A stretch of 64,000 nt of DNA from Nemertoderma westbladi (GCA_032718475.1 JAUCBJ010002178.1:38219-102218), one strand, 5' to 3'; numbered from the stretch's first letter, positions 36,001 through 49,906 are shown. Notes: a model not told the origin generated them from the sequence alone. Numbers and translations are program-made.

Positions 36001-38960
36001 TACCTTGGTCATAGGTAGAGGTTCTAAGTCTAGATCTAAGTCACCTCCACTCCGATCAGTTTGGTCGAATGAGTTCACTAGTTCCAGTTTATTAGAAGCA
36101 AATTTCTTGAGGTGAAATCCGCCCTCAGCAAGACAATCTTGGAGTTGGTGCGCTACGGTCATAGCACGCTCCAGAGTGTCACAACTCTTGATGCCGTCAT
36201 CCACGTAGAAATCTCATTCCACTGTCCGAACTACTTCTGGGTCAAATCGGTCTCGTCTGTCCAAAGCTGTTTGCTTTAAGACGTACATGGTGCAGTTAGG
36301 GCTGTCTCGGGCCCCAAAAACTCTTACCTGCATTTGGTAAGTTTCTGGTGGAAGTTCTAGATTTCCGTCCGGGTACCAAAGAAACTTTAAACTGTTACCA
36401 GTCTGGTGATGGAGCCTGGTGAATGGGGTCAATGACCTTCGGATTTGTCGGTAGGCTCACAACCCTTCCAAAACCCTCATTCATCAAGTCATCCACAGCA
36501 ACAACCCTTTGGTCTTCAGTAATCAATACAACCTGTTTCGCTGCAAGTAGCTGTAAGTCAGAGGTCCGTGTGGTCTCGTTCAGATCGGTTAAATCAGTAT
36601 CTGTTACGTCAGTGGTAGCGACGCAAGTCTGTCGTAGTACAGTCTGTACAATTGGACCACAGGAGTGTGAAGGAGAATTTGCTACCGTAGTAGTCAATAA
36701 ACTACACGCGCTCAATACGTCTTCCTCCAGGTCTTCCTCCGAAAACTCTTACCTGCATTTGGTAAGTTTCTGGTGGAAGTTCTAGATTTCCGTCCGGGTA
36801 CCAAAGAAACTTTAAACTGTCCCTGTCCCGCTCCAAAGATTTAACCTGGTGAAACATGGCCTCTACATCACAGGTGAACGCCACTTTGCGTTGTCTAAAG
36901 CGCATTAGGACTCCCATGAGGTAATTATTCATATTCGGCCCTTCCATCAATTTGCTGTTCATAGACATCCCTTGGTAAAGCGCAGCGCAGTCGTTGACTA
37001 CATGCACCTTGCCAGGTTTGTCCGGGTATCGAACAAAATGATGTGGCAGGTAATATGTTTGATCTGTGGTTACCTCAGGATTTTAACATCCCAATGGCAT
37101 ATCCCCTTTGGAGATACGTCTGAAGTTGCGCGTTGTATTGCATATGGGCCGTCTCGTCACGCAACAACCGCTGCCGTATCGATTTGAGTTGCCTCAAAGT
37201 GAGCGGGTAGTTGTTAACGAGCTTAGGTTGTCCATGGCGCCACAACATGCCAACTTCGTAGTGGCCATTCGTGGTTTGGCAAATGGTATCTTTCATAATC
37301 TTTAATGACCGTTTCTCCTGTTCTGACATAGCAGTCTCGTAACTACCGGGTTCTGCTGAGTTCTCTTCCAACCACTTAATGGTCCTCTCAGTTAGCAGTC
37401 AGTCAAGCGCTGCTTGCACTGCACCATAGTCCTCGTCTACATCGTTGTCCGCTGCGGTGGCTAGTGTCAATGTGTCTGGTAGGCTCGCAAGCCTTCCAGT
37501 GTCACTAGTCAGCATCGAAACGGCATGAGGAGGTTTGACAACCTTTTGATCTGTCAGTAGGCTCGCAAGCCTTCCAAGATCAGCGACTGGTGATGAAGCC
37601 TGGTGAATGGGGTCAATGACCTTCGGATTTGTCGGTAGGCTCACAACCCTTCCAAAACCCTCATTCATCAAGTCATCCACAGCAACAACCCTTTGGTCTT
37701 CAGTAATCAATACAACCTGTTTCGCTGCAAGTAGCTGTAAGTCAGAGGTCCGTGTGGTCTCGTTCAGATCGGTTACATCAGTATCTGTTACGTCAGTGGT
37801 AGCGACGCAAGTCTGTCGTAGTACAGTCTGTACAATTGGACCACAGGAGTGTGAAGGAGAATTTGCTACCGTAGTAGTCAATAAACTACATGCGCTCAAT
37901 ACGTCTTCCTCCAGGTCACTTACCTCTAGTGAACGCACTGGTGCTCTAGTATACCAACCTATGGGCGTTCTACATGCATAGGTAGGGGTTGCCCGCTGTT
38001 ATTACAGATGGGCGTGTCTCCCATACTTTATGTTAGTTAAACTTGTCTGTCCCAATCAACATCGCAATTGAGCAATAATTAACAGGAAATTCCGGTATTC
38101 CAAGGTGTCGGAAATACTTACAATCTTCCGGTGATTGCTCTGGCACAGGGCCGAGCAGGTTACTAAACTCCTTTGTTGCTGCAAAGGTCAAATTTCTTAC
38201 CGGAAGTAATGAGCGTTCCTCCTTGCTGTGTTCCGCTTTGGAAAGAAGAGTATCTAAGGTTAATTTAACTCTCGTCACAGGAAACATTCTTTTACCATGC
38301 ATGCTGCTTACAGTGTACTGAGCAGTCTTACCTTTACTCATGTCCGTAACTACATCGGCCACTTGTTTGTCAACGTAACTATGTGATGACGCAGAGTCTA
38401 GGATAGCATATATACACTTGCTCCCTCGGGTTCCGGTAATCTTTATAGGAATCACGCTAAACCCTTTCAATTGGTTCTGTGTGAGGAGTGTTATGGATGG
38501 TTGTTCCTCCCCCGCATGCACGTAAAAGGTGTTGTCTTCCTCCTCGTCCTCGTCCGATGATCCTGATTGATCCATACAGTCGGTGTAGAAGGTATGGATT
38601 TCACGTGGTGTGCGCTCCTTGTAAAGCGCGTCACATCTAGCAGCTTTACCTGGATGCTCTCGTCGAAAGCGTTTAGTCGGAGTATGACGGGTATGACTGA
38701 TATGGTGTAGATATGGTGAGTCGGCACCTCAGTGTATCTGCAGCCTGTAGTGGGTGCGGTGAAATAGAAGATTCCCAGAATTTCTTTCTAAACTGCAATA
38801 CATTTTCCACTCATCGATAAAAGCTTGTTGATGAGTTACAGACAGCTAGAATACCAATTAACATCCCAGCTTTTCTACAAGGTCGCGGATTGCCTATTAC
38901 CAGGCAACCTAAGCTTGTAGAGGTACTTGGAAAATTTCTTTCAACAACCAGTAGATTTGG
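33084..38960 (-). mobile_element. Older degenerate BEL/Pao element (pol and part of gag), rearranged
   Basis: Protease ILDSASSHSYV (38033-38575). RT YLPHH, DVEAMFHQV, YVDD (35776-37371). RNase H PRGELQA, WTDA, NPAD (34981-35643). Integrase DCFGP, SRAVHIE, DQGTNFVGA, GGIWERL (33471-34100). C-terminal RPVQRL (33084-33374). Many stops and frameshifts. Confidence 0.93.
34690..35090. repeat. Degenerate 12-bp-based coding repeat within the older BEL pol
   Basis: Recurrent tctggtgaga / gtctagtgga / atgtctggt, encoding (P/L)D-x-x tetrapeptides between RNase H and integrase. Confidence 0.75.
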
Positions 38961-40099
38961 CATAAAATGAAAAGTAGTACTTTCAAACACTTTTTCTTTT
39001 TTCGGAAACCCAGTAAATTTGTGATAAGCCTGTAATAAAAAATTGTATCCTACAATTATTAAAATTCTGAATTGGTTCGAAACTGTGGGGAGTGGAGGTC
39101 AAGAACATTGTTTGGCCGATGTAACGAAATGGATTTGTAATTTCGAAATTTGATTTTTATAAATCATATCTTTAGCTGAGTGGGGATATACTAGTAACAC
39201 AATTTTATTTATCTTTTTCTTATTTAAAATTTGTTTACAAAGTACAATGCTAATGTGCAGTTTCGTAACTCAACAATTATTTTATATGTAACCCATCAAC
39301 TGGATATAGGCATACATACATTCAACATTAATACCATTTAAATACATATATTTATCATACATGCCTGCTAAGTTGCCTTAATATACGCACTACCTGTTTA
39401 AAAAAAAGAGATAAGAGCGAGGATGAATTTGGAGAACTGGCATTACTGTCCGACTGATGACAATCCAGTAGACCTACAGTACTACAGTATCTCGAGGTGT
39501 TGAAAACCACACCTTCTTCGTAAAGAAACAGGAACTATGGAATTATGGCAACACGGAGCATATTTCCTCAAGTTGAAATGGCGAGTAATGTAAGTGATAA
39601 TACCAAATCTAATAAAGGACAGTATTAGATAAGTAACAACCGAGGATTTAATATTTGCTACCAAGTGAGATTGGCACGATGTGAGAGGGCAATATAGAGT
39701 GTTAAGTACAACCTAAACAATGCATATTGAAATTGGGTGAAGTATGAAGCTGATAATACCAAGCCTGGAGAAACCACAAGTGGAACCAATGCAGGAGGAT
39801 GAATTTGGAGAAGTGCCTCTGATTGAGACAATAGGGCGATCGGATACCAATTGCCGGGATGGATGAGCCATAACAGCTAGTGGCGCTCGTTCATTCTGGG
39901 GCATCCCAGGCAAGCAAGCAAGCTTGGGCACAAAAACTACAACCTGATTTCTTGACAGGATCGGTGAGATTGGGAACTCAGGAAGGAGAGGCAGTAGAGC
40001 AGGTGTTTGGTAAGTTTTAATGTCTATTGATGGCATAAATAGGGCAGGTGCAGAAGTCTACTATGATATAGTACAATTTTGGTTAATGCACTTATAGTT

Positions 40100-42830
40100 G
40101 ACAGACTTCCAGATCGTCTAGTTCCACACCCCTGGTAATGACGAACTCATTGAAACCCTTAAGCTACATATAAGGTTTCTCCTTGGCTGATACATGAGGA
40201 AGGGGTGATATTCCAGATCTAGGTCTGCTGCTGATTTATATTAATGAAAAAAATACATGATGGTTTATATTTACACCTTCTAACTTAGTGGATATATTAT
40301 AACTGGTTGTCTACCCATCACTGATTCTATAACCAGTGCTTCAAGTGCACTATGTAGTTTCAACTCAACTTCATACATTGGGCCATAAGGGGAACCCAAC
40401 CCTGAAATGAATTTAGAGATTGTGTTTGATCGAATTTGAAGTTTGGATGCCATTGGTATAAATTATGAAGATCCGGATCTATCGTGCATGAAACAACTAT
40501 TCCTAACTTCAAACTTCAATCAATCTATGCGATTTGGAAATGATCATTTTGTAGTGAAGTTCCCATAGCAACCTGATGCCACAGTTCTGCTTTACATATA
40601 CTGTAGTTAGCTCGCATGTGCTTATATGGTACATTGTACAAACTCAGGAAAATTTTTTATTTTTTTGCAATTGTACTACAAATTTAATAATACTAATGAC
40701 TACAATAATGACTTAATGACTTGATAATGAATAATGACTTCAATAATACTAATATATCAACACAGATTTAAGATATAACACTAATCTACTTGTTCTAGAA
40801 ATAACGGCTGATTTAATAGAGTTTGTAAAGGTTTCATCTAGTATTCCTCCTCTCTTTCCTCATCTTCGACTCCGCCACTATCAACTCCGACTTCCTCGTA
40901 ATCCTTCTCCAGAGCCTCGAGATCCTCACTAGCTACCCTGACTCCAGGCCGGCTGAGGAGACTGCCGATCGGATTCCCATGTCCGCCAATCGGGCTACTC
41001 TCGTCCTTTGGGTCCTAGATCCTCGGATGCACATGCTGGCAGACCGCAAAAGGTCAAAACTTAATCAGGTGCGCAACAAATTTATTGTTTCTGGGTAAGG
41101 GGGAATTCCTCTTCGCCAAAGCAACAGTGCCATTCTGTTCAAGAATGTTCAAGAAAGAGGATTCTGTTCATTCTTGTTCCAACATATTAATCCTTTCTTC
41201 ATACTTTCGCCTCTTCTCAGATTCATGCTTATGGTAAGCTGCCTCGGTTGTACGTGGGTTGGAAGGGCATAAATGGTTGAAAACCTTAACATCTATATAA
41301 AGTCTTTCGAACCTCCCTCCCCAAACTCCACTAGCTGCAACATCCAGTCGCGTGTCGAGCGAGACTGAGGTTGACCACAGTCTAAACTGTTCCCCGTCTA
41401 GTGGCTGTAAATGGGGCTCCGTTTCCACTTCTGAGGCGACTTCGTTGAGAACCTCGGCTAGAAAATCCCTTATTTCATTATGGCAAAGCCACCTGTTGGG
41501 CAGTGAAGAGAATGAGTTGCCGAGAAGGTGGCACCACATGTGCAGGTTGATGGAACGTAGTCTGGCTCCCACCCATATCTTAAGCTAAGACTGTCCCGGA
41601 ATTAAGTTTTATGGAGGGACATTCCAAGCTTTTGGATTGGAAGGGCTTTTAGCCAGACTGATGCACTCTTCTCTCTGGTCAACATACGTTGGTATTTGAG
41701 CTCGTCACTCAGTTGCGAGTCCAGTTGGGCACACTTGTTCTGAAGCTTCTGAGCGGCACTGGATTTTAGCTCACTAAGAATGGTAATCTGGGACCGGCGG
41801 GGGGGGGGGGGGGGGATCACCCCCGGGTATTAGCAGTTGCAGAGGCTGTGATAACTTGAGAGAATGTTTGTAACAGTCATTAAAGTCTGATGGCTGTGTG
41901 ATGGCCATACCCCCCCCCCCCCCCCCCCCCCCCCTCACTGACATAGAAAGTAGTTCCCTTTCTGCCCTAGCAGGGGGATGCCTGTCAGTGAGAGCCAGTA
42001 TAAACCTGGTACTGACAACCACCTCGAATTTGTCTAACTGTTGGACGAAGTTTGGTGTGGTTCTCGCTAGAAAATTCAACCTCGGCAGTATTCCTCAGAC
42101 CATGCATCAGTAGGATGGGTGTGGTGCGGATTGTGATATTTTTTGCTAAATCGCCAACCAAGTCACAGAGTTTAGTAACCTGCTGCTTAATATTATCTAG
42201 ACAAACTGGTTGGGCACCCAAAACCGAACCCAAGACCCTGTAGCCCTCTACAATTGTAACACCTATGCCCTCAAATAAAGATGCTGTGGCATGTCTGTAC
42301 TCAGCTTTGACAATCAGTTTTGATTTCAAAGCTGTTTGGATATTGGATAATAGCCGTATTTGGGGCCAATTTGACAAACCTTGCCCCAATAATCCCTTAA
42401 CTTAGTCAGTTACTCAGTCAGTATTTTAGTTTTATTTTCCAATTTACATGTGTTTTGTGATGCTTTTTATGTTTTCTTATGGTGCGGTCGTTTATGCAGC
42501 TCAATCTAAACAATCCGAGTTAGTGATGGCTAATGGATGAGTCACACCTTTACTACCTCTGCTCTGACAGCCAAATCGCATTATATTGAGTCAAATCTAA
42601 AGGCATCATTAATCCTTATATGTCCGTGGTCGAGTTGACGAGATACATAGCATTCTATCAGATGCAGACTTTAGATATATTTCAACCAATGACAATCCCT
42701 CAGATATGTTATCAAGTGGAATAAAGGCGAGGATATTTCTGAAATCCTATCTATGGCGACATGGTCCCAATTGGCTAACATTATCTGATTGGCCTATGGC
42801 CTAAACAATCTAATGTTAATTACAGTACAA
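40100..42830 (+). mobile_element. Highly degraded BEL/Pao pol fragments flanking the CRE insertion
   Basis: SLDAIGI and F.NDHFVVKFP at 40435-40570. SDSQIALY, STNDNPSDMLSSG and LWRHGPNWL at 42555-42790. Confidence 0.65.
40650..42400 (-). mobile_element. CRE-clade non-LTR retrotransposon with restriction-like endonuclease, 5'-truncated and degenerate
   Basis: ORF pieces GYRVLGSVLG, FLARTTP, ASVWLKALPI..G, HNEIRDFLAEVL..VETEP.LQPL.GE..RLDVAASGVW..YIDVKVFN..HESEKRRKY and SMCIRGSR. AATAAA near 40660. Confidence 0.85.
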
Positions 42831-43300
42831 TTAAATTAATCAACCACGAACTAAATACATTGTGTACAACAGTAGTTCTAAGTTTGGGTTCCGAGGTGGC
42901 CACCACTCAGTATGCTGACCACCACTGAGCATTGTTATTTCGCTGAATAGAGAATTGCTTCTTTAACCTGGTGTAAAAGATTAGTTCATTAACGCACTGC
43001 ACTGTGAGAGGTATCAATTGTTTACTTTTAATTTTATCGCGTGGTTGAATATCGTGTTTCAGTATTTTATTCATTTGTGTTCGTGGCAAATCATGTTACT
43101 TAGTAATATATTTCTGATTTTATTTATACCTAGTGTTTGTCCCTGTGCGGTGTGTTGCTATGAGTTATGGCGCGTTTAAGTGCATTACGACCTACTGTAC
43201 ATTTTTGTTATTGTTGATAGTGGGTGTGCACTGTTATAATTGAGTATGATCCCCATATGCATCGGCTTAATATATAACTAGTAATCGATCCCATCAGAGA

Positions 43301-43900
43301 TGTCAATATAAGTCAGGACATCGAGGAATGGAAGTCGTATGATTTTTCTAAGTCTGGCTGTGCAAGAGCGCGCAGCAGATCTGCAGTGCAGATCTGCTGC
43401 GCGGTTTGAGTGCAGTTTCTGCACTCAAACCTGTAAGTATTCCAGTCGGGGCTCTGGGTAATGTACCGCTGGCTTACCGCTTCAATACCGCCAGACTACT
43501 TTTACTGCTCACACACCGTTGGATGTGGTCGGGGCTTAAGCCGCGTACTCCATCACGCAGTTTAACATGCGAACCGGTAGGCCGCTGTAGTGTACTGCCA
43601 GTGCAGTAAGCAAAACAATTGTATTAGCAGGCAGATTACATAATATTCAATCCAAAAGGCAGTAATCCACGGTAACAAATTGCAGAATAAACTGAATCGA
43701 AAAATGAGGACTGAAATGAAAAATTGAATCTGCACACAACAGCTAAATCAAACTATCAGCTACACTAACTGAAACTAGTAAGAGGAAAAAGGTACAGTGA
43801 GTGAGTCAACCACAAAAGTTCCCACCATTAGAGACAGGGGGGGGGGGGGAAACTCGACGCAAAACCCGCCTTGACGAATTAATATCCCGCCTAAATGTGA
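43301..43900 (-). mobile_element. Possible solo or partial LTR
   Basis: Starts TGTCAATA with LTR-like composition. No partner copy or TSD was verified. Confidence 0.25.
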
Positions 43901-43986
43901 AATTCTCAATTTAGGGAAAGGAGCAGGTTACAGTGACACGTTATTTTGACCAAAACAATAAACTAAACACAATAGAACAGGTTACC

Positions 43987-44440
43987 AGTGCCGGATTAAC
44001 CTTAAGGCATATAAGGCACGTGCCTTAAGGCCAGCCGAAAATACGGGCCATTTTTTCTCAGCGAGTCATTCTTTGGAAAAAAATATTTTTATCCGAAAAG
44101 TCCACATTTTTCTCAATAAAATTTATAGAAAACAGAGCAAGAAAGTGCATCTTTCGACTACTTTCTATCCCTAAATTTATGATAGAAAGTACTGCAAAAT
44201 TCTAGCTCAGTCGACTGACAGGTGCTGTGTTATTAGTTAGAGACCCGTTGGCAGGGAAATAATAAAACATGGGCAGTAAAACTTTAAAGTGCTAATTATG
44301 AACAATGGAGAATATAATTTTAATTATTTGTGGGGAATTATTTGTAGTTATGCTCTTAAACTTTCTGGTACAACCAAATAATGACGTGGTGACATACTGG
44401 AAATACTGTACATAGTAAATGTATGGAGATATGGTAGTGC
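43987..44440 (+). mobile_element. hAT-like MITE terminus plus an interspersed repeat shared with 11430-11600
   Basis: Terminus CAGTGCCGGATTAA (related CAGTGCTGGATTAAG at ~10792). 44295-44430 aligns with 11450-11590. Confidence 0.55.
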
Positions 44441-44779
44441 GAAATTAATTTTTTTTTTACCGGAAACGAGTTTTATAATAATACATATAGGATAGGCCCT
44501 AATAGATAAAAAAAAGGATAAATTAATTATAGATAAAATATAGTTGTTTATAAAAAAAAACGTGTCAGAAATAACTTCTTGACACTAATTTAATTTAACC
44601 GAAATTCAGATGTTCTGCTCTCGTGTATTGAATTTTGCATTCGATGGCCTTTTAGGTGCAATTCCTGCAAAACCTAAAAGCATAATTAGGCAGCATAATT
44701 GAATTTGGTAAATTAAAATTAGTGACAAAAAGTACTTATTTCCGAGACTGTTCTCTATCGGAGAACATTTCTTTCTCAG

Positions 44780-44950
44780 TAAGTCCAAATCCAGTAAGCA
44801 ACCGAGGGTGGACTCTCTATAGCCGAGGGGCACTTGTATAATAACTAATAATCACGAACCCCGTCCTCTTATAATATATAACTCTGTAGTAGTCAGTAGT
44901 AGTAGTAGTAATAGTAGTAGTAGTAGTAGTATAAGTAGTAAGTAATAGTA
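44780..44950 (+). repeat. Probable SINE/LINE 3' end with (AGT)n tail
   Basis: A short GC-richer segment followed by an (agt)n microsatellite at ~44887-44950. Confidence 0.4.
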
Positions 44951-45528
44951 AAGGAGATCGGTTTAAACCAAAGTGATAAAGTAACATTATTATATAACAT
45001 AATCATATAGACAAAGTAGAATAAGATACAGATTCATAATTATTTTATCAAACTCATGTACTACTTACTTCAATGTGCCAATTGTAATAATAATTAAACA
45101 TATTATTCCGATTAATCTGCGTTTGGCCCTATAAGATATTATACTGAAGTGTTTTATATCAATATATCCATGCGAGTAAACAAGAAGTGAAGTAAATGTT
45201 TATTATTATATTTTTAGAAATTGAATGATATACCCAAGATAGTGAAATAGATAATATACAAGAAATTGCCATTTGATCAGATATATCAAAGCGGCGTCTT
45301 TAGTATAATACCGTAATAGTATCAATTAACTCTGTTATACAATGTAAATATACTAAATCTATTTATAAATATATTATGAGCCCTACATTGTATATTTCTC
45401 CTACAGGTAGACAATGTAGATGTTAAAACTTGATATAATTTGGTATAATGTATAACATATTACAAATAAGACTGAGGCAGCTAAACTATATTGCAAAGAA
45501 ATCAAATATCCTAAAGTAATATACTTAA

Positions 45529-47440
45529 CCCTCCCTCCACCCTATAAATAGTGTTCACCACCTACCCCACCCACCGCCCTTATTACTTCATAACAATGAA
45601 AGGTAGTACTGGCGCTCCGGTCACTCCGTTCCCTCCGCTGGGGGGGTTAAGTTGTAGGTTTTGACACTTTGCAAAATCCGAGCACAGAGTTAGAAGCGCA
45701 TTGGATAGGCGAACATTTCTTGCAGTGAAAGTATTTCCATACCTATTATAGTTTTCGAGATAGTCAGACATGAGTAGCTAAAATTTGAATTTTTTTCGGT
45801 AAAGTCTGATTTCACCGGTACCTGTCATCCGAAATATGGATTGTGATATATCGTTAAATGCGGGTCCACTAACTGTACATTCACATATTTTCAAGGAAAA
45901 AATTCGATCAATGGTTTTCTAAATATTTTCGAATTACCGGAAGCAGACTTTGGGCGACCATATCTCCGGTACCGGTAGGCCTATTGAGTCGAAATTATTT
46001 TTAATCTACTTAGAACACTCAAGTGAATGTTTTTTAGTTTGAAAGTTTTGCCCCAAAATGCTCAGAAGAAATTTTGAAAAAAATGATCATTTCGCGATCA
46101 TGATCTTTTGACCCCCTAGAATTGAACTTTTTTATGGTCAAATTTTGGCTACCCCCCCTAATTCGAGGGTGAGGAATCTTTTTGTAATGTTAAGTTTTTT
46201 CATACGGTGAACTCACAGGACTTGGTCTTCGAAATAAAAACGAAAACATGATCCATCCTGATCATGGCCTGATCAAATCGCTTTTTGAAAATTTCGAAAT
46301 GCTCAAAAGTTGCCCCTTCTTAATAGAAGTCGATTAGTAAAAAAAAAATCGGGGGTCTCAAACAAAGTTTTCGAGAAAATTTGAAAAAACCGAAAAACGC
46401 GATCTTTTATGATCAGGAAGCTGATCTCGAGAACCGGTTGACCGATCGAGCCAAATTTTTTTTTAATCAACTCAGAATAGACCATTGAACATTTCTTACA
46501 ATGAATGTTTATTAGAAAAATGCTTAGATTCGATTTTAAATATACTGATCTTTTCGCGATCATTATCTTGAGTTTTGACCCTCTAGACTTGAACTTTTTT
46601 ATGCCCAAATTTTGGCTACCCCCCATAATTCGAGGGTGTGGAATCTTTTTGTGATGTTAAGTTTTTCCATACGGTGAACTCCCAGGATTTGGTCTTCGAA
46701 ATAAAACCGAAAACACGATCTTTCCTGATCATGGCCTGATCAAATCGCTTTTTAAAAATTTCGAAATGCTCAAAAGATGCCACTTCATCATAGAAGTCGA
46801 TTCGTAAAAAAAAAATCGGGGGTCTCAAACAAAGTTTTCGAGAAAATTAGAAAAAACCGAAAAACACGATCTTTAATGATCAGGTATCAGATCTCGAGAA
46901 CCGGTTGTCCGATCGAGCCAATTTTTTTTTTAATCGACTCAGGGCGTTGTTCTGAACAATTCCTACAGTAATTGTTTATATCCAAAATGCTTAGTTATGA
47001 TTTTACGAAGTCCGATCTTTGCGCGATCATGATCTTGCGTTTTGATCAGGAAGAATTCACTTTTTTGAAAATCTTTTAACGGGAATCATGACTAATGTGG
47101 GGTCGCTGAATCTTTTTGTAATGTTAAGTTTTTCGATTGGAGCAAGCCTTGAGTGTCCGATCCCTGATCAAAACTGATCTTTGCTGATCACGGTCAAGAT
47201 CATGATTGGGCGCTTTTAAAAATAACACTTTTCAATGTAAACCCATATGCTGCCTATCGATTGGCGCCGGTCCCAACTCCGTAGCATTAGCCGTTTTGGC
47301 TGTAGCTCCATAGCAACGTGGTTGCTAGGGAAGCGGACTTTTTGACTCAAATTGGCCCTAGCCGGAGAACCGTAGACTTTTTTAACACATTATGTATGGC
47401 GAAAAGTCTTCTGGATAAATTTTGGGGGGGGGGGGGTCTA
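45529..47440. mobile_element. Non-autonomous DNA transposon with ~480-bp internal tandem repeat (about 2.3 copies)
   Basis: 46085-46560 is repeated at 46545-47040 and partly at 47015-47220 (cgcgatcat.atctt, taattcgagggtg, tcgagaaccggttg). TTAA|CCC at 45525. Termini uncertain. Confidence 0.65.
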
Positions 47441-48864
47441 GGAACATCCTATTGTTCGTTTTCGCTTAGTTGCTGAGATCCTCTCGTCCCACAAATTCCA
47501 GGATTCTATAAAGGCATTCTGCTGGACTAGTTCCGTGGCCGGAATAGTGTTCGGTGTTCTGCGAACAGAGAACCTAATCGGTTTAGGGCCGTGACCGTCT
47601 AGATAAGAAATATTATATCTTTGCACAAAACCCACACTTTTGGTGTGTTACAGGTATATTTCTCAGCAAGTCCAGTAAAGATAAGTACCATGCAAAACCT
47701 ACCCTACAGAAAATAAATAACACATTCCCACGATCCGATCAAAATTGCTAAATGCCTACAGGAGCCTAGTCAGCCTTAAAGGGGGGGGGGGGGGGGGGGG
47801 CAACTATAACCACCACTGAAATGAAATTTTCGAAAATTTATTGCGTCTAGTTTCTCCCCCTATCTGCACTATTAAGGCAACAGGGATGGATAAGCCAATG
47901 ACTGAACAGGATCGTAACCCCCTCCCCAGAATAATTCTTTTCAGATGCGCTGTCATGGCCTGGCCATTATTACTACCATATGGCCATGAAAGTGCTTCTG
48001 TTGGACCTGTAGACGAGCAGGTAAATGTAATAGTGAATTCTCACTAAGGGATTACACGTTTTACTATCAAAATTCGGTTGCGGTGGTATTCTTATTAAAT
48101 ATACAGTGTAACTAATGATGTGTAAACAATGAATACAACTGTTACGCCCAAGTAAATATAAATGCACCCAAATGTTCCTCTATCCCTAATATGACTTAAA
48201 ATGACCGCTATTCCTTATCCTCTTCCCAATTTCCTATAATACAGTAACTATTACGATTTTTTACGTAGATATTAAATAATACATACTTTAATACTGTACA
48301 GTATTAGATTTTCTTCCGAATATCACTAAGACTATCATTTATCTAAGAATAACATTTAGGATCTATTCCTTACGTACTAAATAAAATATTCGGACGATTA
48401 CCTACTAAATATAAAACGATTGCCTAGCGTTTTAACAGCCGGGACAACATTATTTTGCAACACCACCGGTATAATAAACAAAGAATGTTCCCGCATAGCC
48501 CGTGTAAATGTAAATGTACTCAAAATATCCCCTAATTCCACAATATGACTTAAAATGTCCGCTAATTTATCTCTCCTAATTTCTCTATTGTAACTAGATA
48601 CGATTTGTTATATAGACCAAAAATAAAAAACTGTAGTAGCATTATTTACACAAAAACGCAATAAATTAAGTACAAATTAAACAATTGCCTGCCGCATTTT
48701 AACAAAGATGGATGAGAATATGGGAAGTTGGGACGGGAATGTAGGAAGATGGATGGGGATGCGGGAAAGTGAGACGGGAATGTGGCAAGGTGGAAGGGAA
48801 TGTCAAAAGGTGTATGTGAATGTAGAAATATGGGAATGGGATTATGTGGGACTGCCCTCCATTG

Positions 48865-49545
48865 TTAGATAACAACAGCATTTGTTGCTTTGGTTAGAAA
48901 AGCTTTACTCTGTAACCTGCTGCTCCTTTAGCTCAATTGTTTGGTAACAACATCGTTTATTGTTTTTGAAAGAAAAACCCGCCCCTGTAACCTGCTCCTT
49001 TGCCTCAATTGGTAGGCAACAACATTGTTTATTATTTTGGCTAGAATAGTCCGCCTCTATAACCTGCTCCTTTATCACATTGGTAGATAACAACAACGTT
49101 TAGTGTTTTGGTTAGAATAGCATTACCCTGTAATCTGCTCCTTTCGTTGAATTGTTGGGTAACAACATCGTTTATTGTTTTGGATAGAAAAACCTTCCCC
49201 TGTAACCTGCTCCTTTCTCTCAATTGGTAGGTAACAAAAATGTAACTTGTTTTGGTCAGAATAGCCCGCCTCTGTAACCTGCTCCTATTCATCAATTGAT
49301 AGCCCAACACTCTAACCCGCTCCTTTCCGTCAATTGGTAGGTAAAAATTTAGTTTATTGTTTGGGTTAGAAGCGTCCGCCTCCATAACCTTCTCATATCC
49401 CTCAATTGATAAGTAACAACATATTTTATTGCTTTTATTAGAAAACATTTTAGTAACCAAATTTAGTAAACTGGTCCTTTCACTCACTTGCAGAGGAAAC
49501 AACAACCATCCTTTCCACAATTGGTAAGTAACAACATTTATTGTT
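48865..49545. repeat. Tandem repeat of about 75 bp (about 9 copies); the family also occurs at 59260-59483 and, inverted, at ~43913-43985
   Basis: Unit ctgtaacctgctcctttc..caattggtag.taacaaca.cgtttattgttttgg.tagaa. Confidence 0.85.
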
Positions 49546-49906
49546 GTAGCTTTTATTTTGATGTTATTCGTTTATCTTGCGATCACCATTAAGCTCCATA
49601 CTTTTATATATTTCCCATATATATTATATATCTCCATATTTCCCCCATACTACGAGACCTTCACTGGCTCCCCGTTATTCGGCGAACCGATTATAAGATT
49701 GCTGTTATTACATATAAATGCCTGAACGGGACAGCTCTTAACTACCTATCAGAGTTGGTTTCAGTTTACCAACCGGCACAAGATCTTCTTTCTGCTTACC
49801 AAAACAACCTGGTACAACCTAGGTACCGACTTGAACATTATGGACGTCAATCATTTTCGGTTGCAGCTCCGATGATATGGAACGCACTCACAGATTCGGT
49901 TAAATC

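Noticed and set aside
47850-48010. Possible additional minus-strand exon (tacag|gtccaacagaagc...)
   Set aside because: No recognisable domain or clear donor, and the flanking lectin exons already join seamlessly in phase 0.
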